From NCBI GenBank assembly GCA_043228905.1, contig JBHGNT010000005.1, positions 10,602,001-10,666,000 of the forward strand: DNA of 64,000 bases, given 5' to 3'. The notes under the pieces were generated by a model. It saw only the letters and a list, made by a program, of their open reading frames with translations, searched no databases and was not told the origin of the DNA. The translations under genes were made by a program, and so were the position numbers. Below are positions 51,616 to 64,000 of this stretch, in pieces; positions within the stretch are counted from its first letter, which is position 1, and each line of letters opens with the position of its first letter. Source of the stretch: Azolla caroliniana (taxonomy: Eukaryota > Plantae > Polypodiophyta).

Positions 51616-53330
51616 ATTCATATGCACACCATCTACCTTTAGTTGTTCATGGGTAAGTGCCTGCTTTATAACTACACCTGCTCCATCATGTTCACCTTTT
51701 CCATGGCCAAACCCAAAAAATTCCATCTCATCTCCAAAGTTGTTACAGAAGCCTAGCCTTGATTTGTGACGCAACTCCGTTAGACCAGACCCAATGTTGA
51801 GTAAGCTCCAAATGTTGACATAATAACCATTGCCAATGTAACTTAAAACAATGTTGGACAAACAAGGTATCACGCTTCTTAATATCAAAAATAAAAAAAT
51901 GAGTTACATTCTTAACATCACTTGAAACTCGAAAATATGTTATGTGCACAAAAGTCATTGCTTGCACTGAACACCAATGCATGGATTGAATTTCATTCTG
52001 CTGCTTGAAAGTATAATTCTCTGCGAAATCTACTACTGAGACTACTACATCATTTGGAAAATCAGATATGCAAGTCTTAAACTGATGGGCGTGCCATGAA
52101 TAAATGAAGTTGTGTTTAATGAACTTTCCTAGAGATACTACAAATAGAGATGCAAATAACTTGATAGAGATTAATATTTCACTACTCCACTCTTTTGGAC
52201 ACCACCTAAATCTATGAGGGCCACAATGTTGACATAAACCCATGACACATTTATGACTGTGGAAGATAGCCTCAGGTTGACACAATACTGAATCTAAAAG
52301 ACCACTCATGGAAGAGATAACATGCTCTGATAATTTACAATGCTCTTGCAAGCTAGATCGACAAATGGGGCACTCACAAGTGCAGACTAAATCCTCTAGG
52401 GAGGAGCTATGGTGACGTAGTAGATTAACAAAGTCCTTGAGAAAACCCATTTATACGTGGTAAATGCAACAACATGTGTATTGATCCTTTAAGCGTCTCA
52501 CAGAAGTGTGGCTTAAGAGGCTCGAATGTTCGTAGTTGAACTTTGATATTTGGATGCATTCGCCTGAACCTAATAAATAAATCAACCTGCGTAACAAAAA
52601 GGGAGTCTAGTGAGTATAAAAAATGCGCTCTAATGTAGCTAGTTAGATATAGTGTGGTAGCTGATTAGCTATGATCATACTCTCGTAGTAGCTAATTAGC
52701 TATTAAGAGTAGCTAATTAGCTATTGACAATAGTTAATTAGCTACCTTAATAGCTAATTAGCTCCTCACATAGCTAACTAGCTATTTCCAATAGCTAATA
52801 AGCTAAGTTTAGTTGATAAGTGCTAAGTTTACTATTGGCAATAGCTAAATTGCTATTACCAACAATTAGTTAGCTATGGTCATATTATGAGGTAGATAAT
52901 TAGCTATTGTGGTGGCTAATTAGATATGGTCATATTCTGAGATAGCTAATTAGCTGATAATAGCTAAGTTAACTATTGTCAATCGCTATTTAGTTATTAC
53001 CAATAGCTAATTAGCTATGATCATATTCTAAGGTAGCTAATTAGTTAACTAACTAAGCTTAAAAATCAAAACAAAAGTTGAGATAAATGTAAATACCCGA
53101 GGTACATCAAGAAGATGAATGGGATGCTCCTCGTATTGACTCCTTCCAACACGTTTCTTGCATAAATCCTTCTTATTGGGTGAAATCCTACTCTCATTAG
53201 TCCAAAATATGATTATTATATACTTGATTTCTGATGTTATGGGTGTCATTGGCTTACATCTTGTTGTTAGCTTTAACAGACAAGTTCCTTCACCACTTGA
53301 AATTATCTAGTTTATTGTATTGTACATAGT
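51616..53330 (-). pseudogene. Degenerate DNA transposase, Sola(2)-like DDD type, with intron 52587-53096
   Basis: Cys-rich CCCIYH and CVMGLCQHCG, DFAENY..QNEIQSMHW, WSNG..SQ.K, FFGFGHGKGEHDGAG motifs. Splice sites in phase 0. Superfamily assignment is from motif memory. Confidence 0.65.
52630..53060. repeat. Array of palindromic (T)AGCTAATTAGCT(A) units in the transposase intron
   Basis: More than 15 degenerate copies seen; the motif recurs at 54790-54835 and 55010-55055. Confidence 0.85.
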
Positions 53331-54159
53331 TTTTCTACTAACACCAATTACCTTAGATAGCACACTGATGTTAAGATCGTCAACATCACTATTAAGTAAC
53401 ATCATTAGACTAGAACTTTTTAAGACAATATCATCTTCTAACCTACTCATGGATACGAAACTATTACAAAGAAGATTTACTAGTACAGATGTTATGTTTG
53501 CATTAAGGCCTTCACAATCAACTAACTCCTTTATCGATGGATCATTTAATATTCCATAAAGTACTACCTTCTTGTCGTCATTGCTGATGTGCTTGGTCTA
53601 AAGTTTGAACATTGAAATAGTCTACAACCTTTCTCGCTATGCTAGTAGTCTCATTACTTCCAGTGTTAGTTGTATTCAGACCTATATCGCAACCAATACT
53701 ATCCTTACATTTAGTGAATGTGGCTTTGGTATCCTTCAACAATTGATGATGTTTCCCTTTTCTTTCTGCCCAATACTTTCATATCGCTTGTTGTGTCCTG
53801 ATAGCGTCATCCCTATCCTAAGGATCCATGAGGGGTATTGGTAAACACCCTCCTTCCCCTTCCATTTGACTTGACATATTCATTAGTAAATTTCCACAAA
53901 AAAAAGACGCATAGCTAGTTACTAAACCACATGCAAATCGGTTATTCACAGGACCGATCCCACCATTGGTAAGTTTATGTTTGTTGCAAGGGAGTGAAAG
54001 CTACTCAACCACAGACGGGAATGAGCTAAGATGACTATGGGCAACAACAATACACAAAATTATTCCGTAATACACAAGATTATACACAACAATCCACAAG
54101 ATAATCAATAGACGGAACAATTATTGCAATCCAAGACCGCGCAATGGCAACAATCCAGG

Positions 54160-54590
54160 ACTGAACAATGGTGGCAATGGAGGAGTGAACTCCGTCGGAT
54201 CGAACAGTGGCAGAAACTGAGTGTAGAATGGTGGCAATGGAGGAGTGAACTTTGTTAGATCGAACAATGGTAGATGATGCTTAGAACGCACTGTGGCGGT
54301 AACTGAGTGTAGAATGGCGGAAGTGGAGGCGGAGTGAACTCCATTGTATCGAATAGTGGCAACAATCAATGACCAAACAATAGCGGCAACTGAGTGTAGA
54401 ATGGCGGGAATGGAGGAGTGAAATCAATAGGAGCGAACAATGGGAGATTATGCTTGGACCGAACAATGAACGGAAACTGAGTGTAGAATGACGGCAATGG
54501 AGGAGTGAACTCCGTCGGATCGAACAGTGGTAGATGATGCTTGGATTGCACAATGGCGGAAACTGACTATAGAATGGCGACAATGGAGGT
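54160..54590. repeat. Minisatellite of ~60-bp modules
   Basis: Repeated aactgagtgtagaatgg.ggcaatggaggagtgaactccgtcggatcgaaca.tgg. Confidence 0.9.
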
Positions 54591-54713
54591 TTAGGAATAG
54601 TCGCAATAATCTAAGCCTAAATAGTCACAAAGTGATGTGGCAATGGATCATGCATAATGGACCTAGGAATTAAGTATATAATTTATGGTGCACATATCCA
54701 TTTATGGTGCATG

Positions 54714-55148
54714 TTTATGTTGCACATTTATATAATTAAAACATTCTAATGTTTTCATTCATGGTGCAAAAATGACTATTTATCATTGGTAGCTTTTTGC
54801 AAAGCTAATTAGCTATGTCAAGGACATAGCTAATTGTTTCCACTCCCATGCTTTCACCCATAACTTCATCTATCTATAGAGGTGCTTCCGTCAGTGTGAA
54901 ATGTTACGTGTGGAAGCTATACGAAACATTTATGGTGCTCAGCTCATTTATATAATTAAAACATTCTAATGTTTTCATTCATGGTGCAAAAATGATTATT
55001 TATCACTAGTAGCTTTTTGCATAGTGAATTAGCTATGTCAAGGACATAGCTAATTGTTCCACTCCCATGATTTCACCCATAACTTCATCTATCTATAGAG
55101 GTGCTTCCGTGAGTGTGAAATATTACATGCGGAAGCTATACGAAACAC
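54714..55148. repeat. ~215-bp tandem duplication spanning an LTR/flank junction
   Basis: tttat..tgc..catttatataattaaaacattc...tgtgaaat.ttac.tg.ggaagctatacgaaaca occurs twice (boundary at ~54929). Confidence 0.85.
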
Positions 55149-55650
55149 AAAATACTGACAAATAAAAAACAGGTTTAATGGAGAGCTTAAGTAACAATGT
55201 ACGCGGAAGAGACAGAGAGGAAAAAAAACACAAAAAACTAAATTTGAATAATGTGTAAACTCTCTACATAGGATGTGCTCAGAGCACTTTTATACAAGTC
55301 CATACGGACTGACAGAAGTACTGACACGTACTTCAATGCTCATAATTGAAGTCCTACACTAACTCCCAAATATATTCCCTCGCGGAATATCTGTTCAACC
55401 GCTCCCGGTTTCCGCACCGATCTGGCCTCTTGTTGTGCACCGGTTTGTGCACCAATTTACGCACCGGTTTACCCACCGGTTTATGCACCGATCCGGCCAA
55501 TATTGAGTATGTATCTCAACACACTCCCCCTCAAGCTCAACTTGAGGCTCTTCCAGTCCTTCACTCTAGTTTCTCTTGACTTCACACCTCGCTCTCACTC
55601 CTCGACCTGTTCGATTCTGCACGCCTTGACCCTTACGATCGGCTTGTCTG
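55114..55650 (-). mobile_element. 3' LTR (55114-55521), PPT and 3' UTR of a minus-strand copy of the 44548/46250 Copia family
   Basis: Reverse complement of LTR 46250-46637; cactcccccctcaag (PPT, reverse complement) follows. Confidence 0.9.
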
Positions 55651-58600
55651 TGTCGGGAACTAAATGTACCCTATGCGCAACGCTCAGCCACAAACGAGCT
55701 TAGAATCATACACAAAAAAACAGGAATGAATGCACGACACAGTGAAGAGAAGAGTACACAGGATGTTTACGTGGAAAGCCCAAACTAGGGAAAAAACCAC
55801 GGCAACCCACAGGTTGCAAACTATCACTATGTTACAGTGTACAACAGTAAAGCACCGAGGCAACAACCTCAAGCTTTCTATCTTCGCCACAGGCGGCGGT
55901 TACAACAGAGGCAACGACCTCTTCCTCTCTCTCTCTCTCCCTGTACACAGTTACGCGCTCTGATCTTGCACAAACAAGAATAACAACAACTCTCTAAAAG
56001 TTTGCCCTAAGTCATATTTATACTAATATGATTTTTCGGCTATTTACAAATATACCCACGATGGACTCTCAGAAACATATTTACGAATATGTCTCTTCAT
56101 CCGGTGAGCACTCCTCACCGGGTCTGCACCATCCGGCTCTCCGTAGCCGGGTACTCCTCATCCGGTTCTCACCGGGTCTGCACCATCCGGCTCTCCGAAG
56201 CCGGGTACTCCTATCGGCCTCGACCGAGTTTGCTCATAAGCACCGTTCTTCTCCCTTCCCATCCGGAGGGACCTGTCTCCCAACAAACTCCCCCTTCACT
56301 CCAGCATGGGGTGTCTTACTAGTCCAATCCGCTTCCGGCATGCATCCAACTTGTCGGGTATCAACACTTTGGTCAGCATATCTGACCCGTTCTCGGCCGT
56401 GTGGATCTTCGTCAGCGCTAACTCCTGGTCATCTACTCTTTCCCGGATCCAGTGATACCTTCGCTAGATATGCTTCGTTCGGGAATGGTAGGTCGCATTC
56501 TTAGCAAGGTGGATGGCACTTTGACTGTCGCAATAGAGCTGGTATTCATCTTGCCGGATACCGAGCTCTCCGATGAAGTCCTTCATCCATAATATTTCCT
56601 TGCCGGCTTCCACAGCCGCCATGTACTCCGCCTCCGTGGTTGACAACGCAACCGTCTTTTGCAGTCTCGACTGCCACGAAACAGCTTCCCCCGCATATGT
56701 CATTACTTACCTAGATGTAGACCGGCTGGTATCCACATCAGCCGACATGTCCGAATCGGTAAAACCGTCAAGTTGAGGTTTACCGGAGCCGAATCAGAGA
56801 CACGTATTCGAAGTGCCCTTCAAGTACCGGAGTATCCATTTGACCACGTTCCAGTGCTCCTTGTCGGGATTGCTCATAAACCGGCTCACCACTCCGACTG
56901 TGTATCCTATATCCGGTCGGGTACAAACCATTGCGTACATTAAGCTCCCGACGGTAGAGGCATATGGAAACTTCATCATATCCGCCTTCTCTGCTTTCGT
57001 CTTCGGGCTTTGCTTACCGGATAGGCTGCAGTTTGCCGGAAGTGTCGATCCGACCGGTTTCGCATCTGACATGTTGAACCGCTAAAGCACCTTTGTCACG
57101 TATTTCTCCTGTGACAGCCACAGTTGCTTCATTGGCCGGTTTCGGATGATATGCATCCCCAACATCTGTCTTGCCGGACCCAAGTCTTTCATTGAGAAGG
57201 TCCGGTTGAGAGCCTTCTTCAATGTCCGGATTCTGGCTTGGTCCCGTCCGACGATCAACATGTCGTCCACGTACAGAAGGAGTATCAGGAAGTCGCCTCC
57301 TTCGAACTTCTTCACAAACACGCAGTGATCGGCCTGCGTCTTGTGGTACCCTTGATTGGTCATGAAGGAGTCGAACTTCCAGTACCATTGTTGGGGAGCC
57401 TGCTTCAGTCCGTACAGGCTCTTCTTCAACCGGCATACTAGGTGCTCCTTCCCTTTCTCCATGAATCCTTCCGGTTGCTGCATGTAGATCTCCTCTTCGA
57501 GCTCGCCGTGAAGGAAAGCCGTCTTCACGTCCAACTACTTTACCCCGAGGTCCATGCTTGCCGCTATACTTAGCACCGTCCGAATGGAGGTCATCTTTAC
57601 TACCGGGGCAAATATCTCGTCGAAGTCCACGCCCTTCTTCTACTGGAACCCCTTCTCCACGATCCTGGCTTTGTATCTCGGGGGGTTGTCGGCATCTCCC
57701 GGTTTCAACTTGTACACCCACTTGTTTCGGAGTGCCCGCTTTCCTTTCGGCAATTCCACCAATTCGTACGTATGGTTCTCATGCAGGGAATCCATCTCAT
57801 CCTGCATGGCACTTAACCATTTTCGGTTGTGGGTGTCATCCTTTGCTTCTTCGAAGCTTTCCGACTCCCCCTCATCGGTCAGCAGAACATGCTCTGCATC
57901 CGGAAATCTCCGGGGGGGCCTTCTCTCTCTGAGAGGATATCTCCGTCTTCGGGCTTCGGTAACCGGCTCCTCCATTTGCTCTTCATCCGAATCCGATTCG
58001 GGGTCTTGGCCGGTTCCGATTTCAGCTTCCTCTACTTCTTCTTCAGCCTGTTCGGTATCCTCACCATAACCGGCTGGTCCCTCGAGTGCTAACCGGTCTC
58101 TTGTCGGTTCGGTCTGCTCATCGTAGAATCGATCCTCACCGGTCGACTCGGAGTTCATTATCTTCTTCTCCGACTCCCAGTCGGTGAGCATCTTGTCCTC
58201 CATGAAGATAATATCTCGACTCCGGAATACCTTCTTGTCGACCAGGTCCCACACTTGGTAGCCGAACTCATCGTCGCTGTAACCGAGGAATATGCATGGC
58301 CGGGTCTTTGGATCTAACTTTCATCTCCGGTCCTTAGCTACATGCACGTACGTGAGACACCCGAACACCTTTAGATGCCGGTAGGATACTTCCTTACCGG
58401 TCCATACTCTCTGTGGCGTGTCTCCGTCCAAGGGTACTGAGGTTGATCTATTTATGACATATGTCGCCGTCGACAGTGCCTTAGCCCAAAACTTCTTGGA
58501 AAGTTTTGCATGCGCTAGCATACTCCGGACCCTCTCCATTATGGTCCGGTTCATCCTCTCAGGTAGCCCATTTAGTTCTGGCGTCTTCGGCACGGTAAAT

Positions 58601-60024
58601 TCGAGCCGGATTCCCTTCGAGCGACAATACTCCTCGAACTGCCCCCGGTATTCACCTCCGTTATTAGCTCGAACCGCCTTCAGCTTCCGACCGGTTTCTC
58701 TTTCCACTCTCGCGTGGAGCTCTTTGAAGACGGATAGCACCTGATCCTTCGTCTTCAACGGTGTGGCCCATAGTTTCCGGCTGTGGTCATCTATGAACGT
58801 CACGAAGTATTGCGATCCTGCATGTGACTTCGTGTCCACTTGACACACGTCAGTATGCACCAACTCTAGTGGTGCATTACGTCTCATCGGTGGCCTTGGT
58901 CGGAAGGAGGTCCGGTTTTGCTTACTGGACAGAAAATCAGTGCACTTCTCCAAGTGCACGTTCTTCACTGGAATGAGGTTGTCGTCTGCAAGCCTCTTCA
59001 TCCCCTTCTCGCTCATGTGACACAGCCTTTTGTGCCACAGCTCACCGGCAGTGTCGGATGCCACGTTCACTTCCTCCGGACATAACAGAGTATTCATCAG
59101 GTACAACGTGTTTACCTTCCAGGCCCGAGCCACAATCAGGCTCCCTTTGCTGAACTTCATGACACTGTTCCGGATGCTACCCGTGTAGCCTTCATCATCT
59201 AGCCGACCGGCTAATATCAGGTTCAGATGAACCTCCGGAACGTGTCGAACATCTTTCAACAGCATCTTGCATCCAGTTGGTGTTGACAGCCATACGTCTC
59301 CTATGCTGACAATTCACCATGTACCTTCATTCCCCATCCGGACACAACCGTGATCAACGGCTGGGTAGGATGAGAAGCATTTCCGGTCCGGGGTAAGGTG
59401 GAACGACGCTCCGGAGTCTACCACCCAGGTCATCTCATCGCCGGCAAGGTTTAGCTCACTTTCCTCAATGATGAGCATCAACTCTTCTTCACTTGCCGCG
59501 ATTGCCGTCGTTCCCTTCCGGTCCGGCCCCCTCCGGTCTTTACCGTTCCGGTCCGGGGTTCGCTTCGAATCGGTACCGTCGGTTTCCTTGTCTTTTCGGA
59601 AATGCCGACAGTTCTTTTGGAAGTGTCCCGGCTTGCCGCAATAGAAGCAAGTAGGCCTCCCCCTTGACATTGACCGTGTCCCCGACTTCTCCCGGTTCTG
59701 GGGACTACGGTTTCTATGTCTTCCGCGTTCCGATTCGGTGAGGAGCGCTTTGGAGTCGGAGCTCGTATCCTTATCTTTCCGATGCGCCTCCTCATCTAGC
59801 AAGCTCGACTTCAGTCTTGCTAGGGATAACCGTTTCCCTTCCGGCCCGACATTGCCCAAGGTGACAACCAACGTCTCCCAGCTATCTGGGAGGGAACCGA
59901 GCAGGAGTAGTGCTAGTACCTCATCGGCGAGAGGTACCTCCAATGATGTTGCTTGGTGGATCAGCCCCTGGAAGGCATTCATGTGCTCCGCCATGCTGGA
60001 GCCATCTTGGTACCAGAGTCTTAC
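55651..60024 (-). mobile_element. Tork/Tnt1-like Copia: 3' LTR 55651-56285, PPT 56286-56296, RH/RT/INT/PR/gag, interrupted in gag by the Tcn1-like element
   Basis: ALSTTEAEY, LLYVDDM, DVKTAFLHG, FIDDHSRK, WVVDSGAS, CFYCGKPGH. 54-bp tandem repeat inside the LTR. Confidence 0.95.
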
Positions 60025-63000
60025 TGTCAGGAATAGTACTAAAGCAAAGATGGAATTAGTACTAAGAAGAGTAGTACTATTAGTACTAAGAGGACGGGAC
60101 TGCGTAAGATTCTCGAGAGAGGAAGTGAGAAGAGGAGAGAGAGAGAGATAGCGAGGATGAGAGAGAGAGAAGAATGATGACAACAGCTAATATATTATGT
60201 GAAAAGATAAGTACAAAGCGGCTGAGAGGCTTAAGACTGGCGTTGAACCAATTTGGTTCAACATAATGCCTAGTGCCTGTCAGGAATAATCCTGAAACTT
60301 CTAGAATGTTCCAGAGAGATCTGGAATATACATTACTTTCTTATAATAAAAACATAAATGAAAATAATTTCTTATGAATTACAATAGAAGGTGTGATGGT
60401 TAAGAGCTCGACCCATATACCATAAGGTCATGGGTTCGAGTCTTGCCATATCATGATACTATCTCCCCCTTAAAGACGACGAGTGGAATGAGTCGGCACT
60501 GATTGCGGACCGGGTTTGTCCGGATACTTTCGGTGAAAATCAGCAAGCAGATCCTGAGCATTGGCAACATGCTTGACGGGTTCCCAAGTGCGTTCGCTCG
60601 GACTATAACCCACCCAATCAACCAAATAATAAAGTTTGTTGCGAATAAGTTTGGAATCGAGGATGGCAGCAACTTCATACTCCGGGCCAACGTCCAACTC
60701 CAGCGGGGGCGGCGGTGGTGTAACACGATCGGGAATGGTGTTTACTTTATAAGGTTCAAGAAGAGAACAATGGAAAACCGGATGTATCTGAAGCTGCGGC
60801 GGGAGATCAAGGCGGAATGTGACATCATTAACTTTACCCGTAATACGGAAAGGACCGAGTCGTCGATAATCCAACTTGTCGCATGGTCGAGTAGTCTTGA
60901 TGTGACGACATAAGAGCCATACTCGATCTCTGATGGCAAAAGAGGAGGGAAGCCGATGACGATCCACGTAAGTCTTCTGTGTCTGTTGAGCATGACGAAG
61001 ATGAGTCGAGAGATCTGTTTGGATCTTGCGTAGTCTCTCCAAATGATCCCCGGCATGAGGATTGGTAGGTAGCTCAGGGGTGTCGATCACCGACTAGCGA
61101 GGATGAGAACCGGTAGAAGCGTAGAATGGGGAGACTCGAGTCGAGGAGTGAACAACATTATTATACGCAAACTCCGCAAAGTGGAGAATCTCGGCCCAAT
61201 CGTCCTGTTGATAACTCAGGAAACACCGGAGATATTGCTCTAGCGTTTGGTTTGTTCGTTCTGCCTGCCCATCGGTCTGAGGATGGTAGCCGGAGGAGAG
61301 GTTGCAAGAGACCTTGAGCATCTTAAAGAGATGTTGCCAAAATTTGGAGACAAATTGCGGTCCTCGGTCACTGATGATACTATCTGGGAGGCCATGATGC
61401 CGAAATACCTCACGCATGACTAGGGCGGCGGTTTCCTCGCTAGTGATGGCCTTAGTACACGAAACAAAATGTGCCATCTTCGTATATCGATCGACGACGG
61501 TTAAGATAGCATCGAACCCCTGCGAGACCGGCAGATCTGTGATAAAATCAAGACAAATATACTGCCACGGCTTACTTGGAATCGATAAGGGTTCTAACAA
61601 GCCATATGGATGGTGTCGTGGCATCTTTGCTCGGCAGCAAGCATCACAGGTCTGAATGTAGTCGTCGACAAAACGGCGTATGTGGGGCCACCAAAAAGAT
61701 CGATGCACTAGCTCCAACGTCTTAGTACTACCGAAATGTCCCGCCGTATGGGTGTCGTGACAATGTTGGACGATTTGAAGGCGACAGGAGCAATCGGGGA
61801 CATATACACGCTTTTTAAAGAATAACAAACCATCATGATATTCGAATTGTCGATAGTCAATACCTGGTTGTTGAGACTGAGAACAGGATGCCCGAGAAGT
61901 ATCAATGTGCGCCAGGATGTCTTGAGCAAAACTATCCGTCTTCAAGTTTGCACGTATGGCATCGGTAATCCGTGAATCCATTGGGGTGTGAAAAATCCGC
62001 GTCGTGTGCAATCGTGTTGGTCCCAAGATTACTTGCTTTTGATTATCAAATGTTGGATCACCAGGACGAGGTGCAAGATATGAACGCCGTGATAGTGCAT
62101 CTGCTTTTCCTTGCTGCTTCCCCGGTCGATATGTGATTTTGAAGTCGAAACACGTGAGGAATTGCGCCCACCGAGCTTGCCGTCAATTTAGTACGCGAGC
62201 GTTCTGGAAATAAGCAAGATTTTTATGATCACTAAAGACAACGACCTGATGTGGAGAGCCCTCCAAGAAATGTCGCCATTGCACAAATGAATCCACGATG
62301 GCTAATAACTCCTTGTCATGTATTTCGTAGTTGATTTCCACAACATCGAATTTGCGCGAATGGAAAGCCACCGGATGCAACTCTTCTTTATCTCCTTGTT
62401 GAGAAAGGATGCTACCAAGGGCGAAATCTGAAGCATCGGCCTCCATGATGAATGGTTTGCTAGTATCCACATGAGCTAGAATCGGTGCTGATGTAAAGGC
62501 TTTCTTAAGATGCCGAAAAGCCATATCTGCTTCAATGGACCAAAGAAATGCTTGGCCCTTCTTTGTAAGTTGTGTGAGGGGTAGGATAATCTTCGAGTAA
62601 TCCTGTATAAACTTACGGTAGAAGTTAGCAAAACCTAGAAAACATTGTACATCTCGTACCGACCGTGGAATTTGCCACTCTAGTACAGTTTGGACTTTAG
62701 CTGGATCCATGGCGATGCCCTTTAAGGAGATGACGTAGCCTAGAAATTCCACTTGCTTGCAGTCAAAGCTACATTTTTCTAGCTTGGCATAAAGACCATT
62801 CTCGCGGAGTCGCTTTAGTACTAATAGTACATGAGAATCGTGCTCTTGTTGGGTCTTCGAATAAATCAATAGATAATCAAGATAGATGATCAAACAGATA
62901 TCCAAGAGGTCTCTGAATATATCATTTGCCATGTGTTGGAAGATTGCGGGTGCATTGGTTAGGCCGAACGGCATAACAGTATACTCGAAATGCCCATACC

Positions 63001-64000
63001 ACGTGCGAAAGGCGGGCTTCCATTCATCTCCCGGTCGGATCCGCACAAGGTTATACGCTCCTCGTAGATCGATTTTGGTAAAAAACTTGGCACCATTAAC
63101 TCGCTCTAAAAGACTTGATATAAGAGGAAGTGCATACCTATTCCGGATGGTGACCTTATTCAATCCGCGGTAATCAACGACGAGACGAAGTGAGCCATCT
63201 TTCTTCTTGACAAAGAAGATGGGCGCACTGGCCGGAGATTTCGAATGACGGATGAACCCGCTTGCCAAGTTCTCCTCTATGTAGGCTCGAAGGACTTCTA
63301 ACTCCGTGGGTGACAAGTTGTAAATTGGTCCCCATGGTGGCTCGGTTCCTGGTTGTAAATCGATGGGACAGTCATAGGGACGGTGATGAGGAAGGGTTCC
63401 GGCTTTTACCTTGTCAAATACATCGGCATAAGGATGATATTTTGCCGGAAGTTGTACTGAGGAGTCCTTCTTAATAGTGCTGGAAGGATGTACTAATATT
63501 GCAAATAGGAACATTGCCTCCTTGTGTCCTTCTTCGCGTAATTGATGGAGTGAAATGGTCAAAACTCGGTGAGTAGATTCTTGGGGTGGTCGATATCAGA
63601 CTTCTCTTGTTCTCCAATCTATGGCTGGATTATGTAATTCAAACCAAGGTAATCCTAGGACAATGGGATGCTCAGGACTACTAATTATATTAAATGATAT
63701 TACACACACAAAACTACCTAGGACAACTTGAATGGGTTCTGATTCTTCTACAATATTCCCGGAAGCAATGGGACGACCATCAATGACTACTACAGATGCA
63801 GGACAAGGAAGTTTTCTTAGGGATATCTGAGAAGCTTGGGCAAAATTTCGATCCATGAAACAGGAATTAGCTCTGGAATCTAGGAGTGCTAGGACGGGTA
63901 CTAGGGGAGTACTTTTAGTACTAACAATGACTTGGGCTAGGAACACATTGCTAACTTGCTTGGAAGGAATGGAACCACTAATGGGCTGTACAGATCTAGG
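60025..64000 (-). mobile_element. Tcn1-like Ty3/Gypsy chromovirus: 3' LTR 60025-60458, PPT 60459-60471, chromodomain-integrase, RH, RT, protease; runs off the window
   Basis: PPWGPIYNLS, KKKDGSLRLVVDYRGLN, MPFGLTNAPA, DASDFALG, GQAER, chromodomain EYEVAAILDS..YYLVDWVGY...TWEP. Confidence 0.95.

Noticed and set aside
54160-54590. CRISPR-like array
   Set aside because: Eukaryotic context, no unique spacers and no cas genes; it is a minisatellite.

Overview
Plant nuclear DNA, probably a non-seed land plant such as a fern (inferred from the TE lineages: Tcn1-like chromovirus, fungal-like 'LPQGATNS' Gypsy, Sola-like transposase, non-L1 LINE). The layout is a deeply nested retrotransposon block (1-25.6 kb), an island of two convergent intact genes, AT-rich intergenic DNA, and a second nested TE block (44.5-64 kb). 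The genes are a 5-exon ~1264-aa acidic protein with a SAP-like N-terminus and D-box (+, 29942-34358) and a 3-exon TIP aquaporin (-, 36303-38082). LTR termini, PBS, PPT and several target-site duplications can be read directly. Most unusual signals: (i) tRNA-like Pol III A-box/B-box cassettes in antisense near the U3 end of LTRs from two different Gypsy lineages; (ii) a ~1030-codon extra coiled-coil ORF after pol in a Gypsy element; (iii) a probable self-priming signal in the Tcn1-like family; (iv) a TSD-bounded element whose 5' half was replaced by a foreign LTR; (v) a possible two-gene Sola-like DNA transposon. All coordinates and alignments were read by eye; no database search was run.
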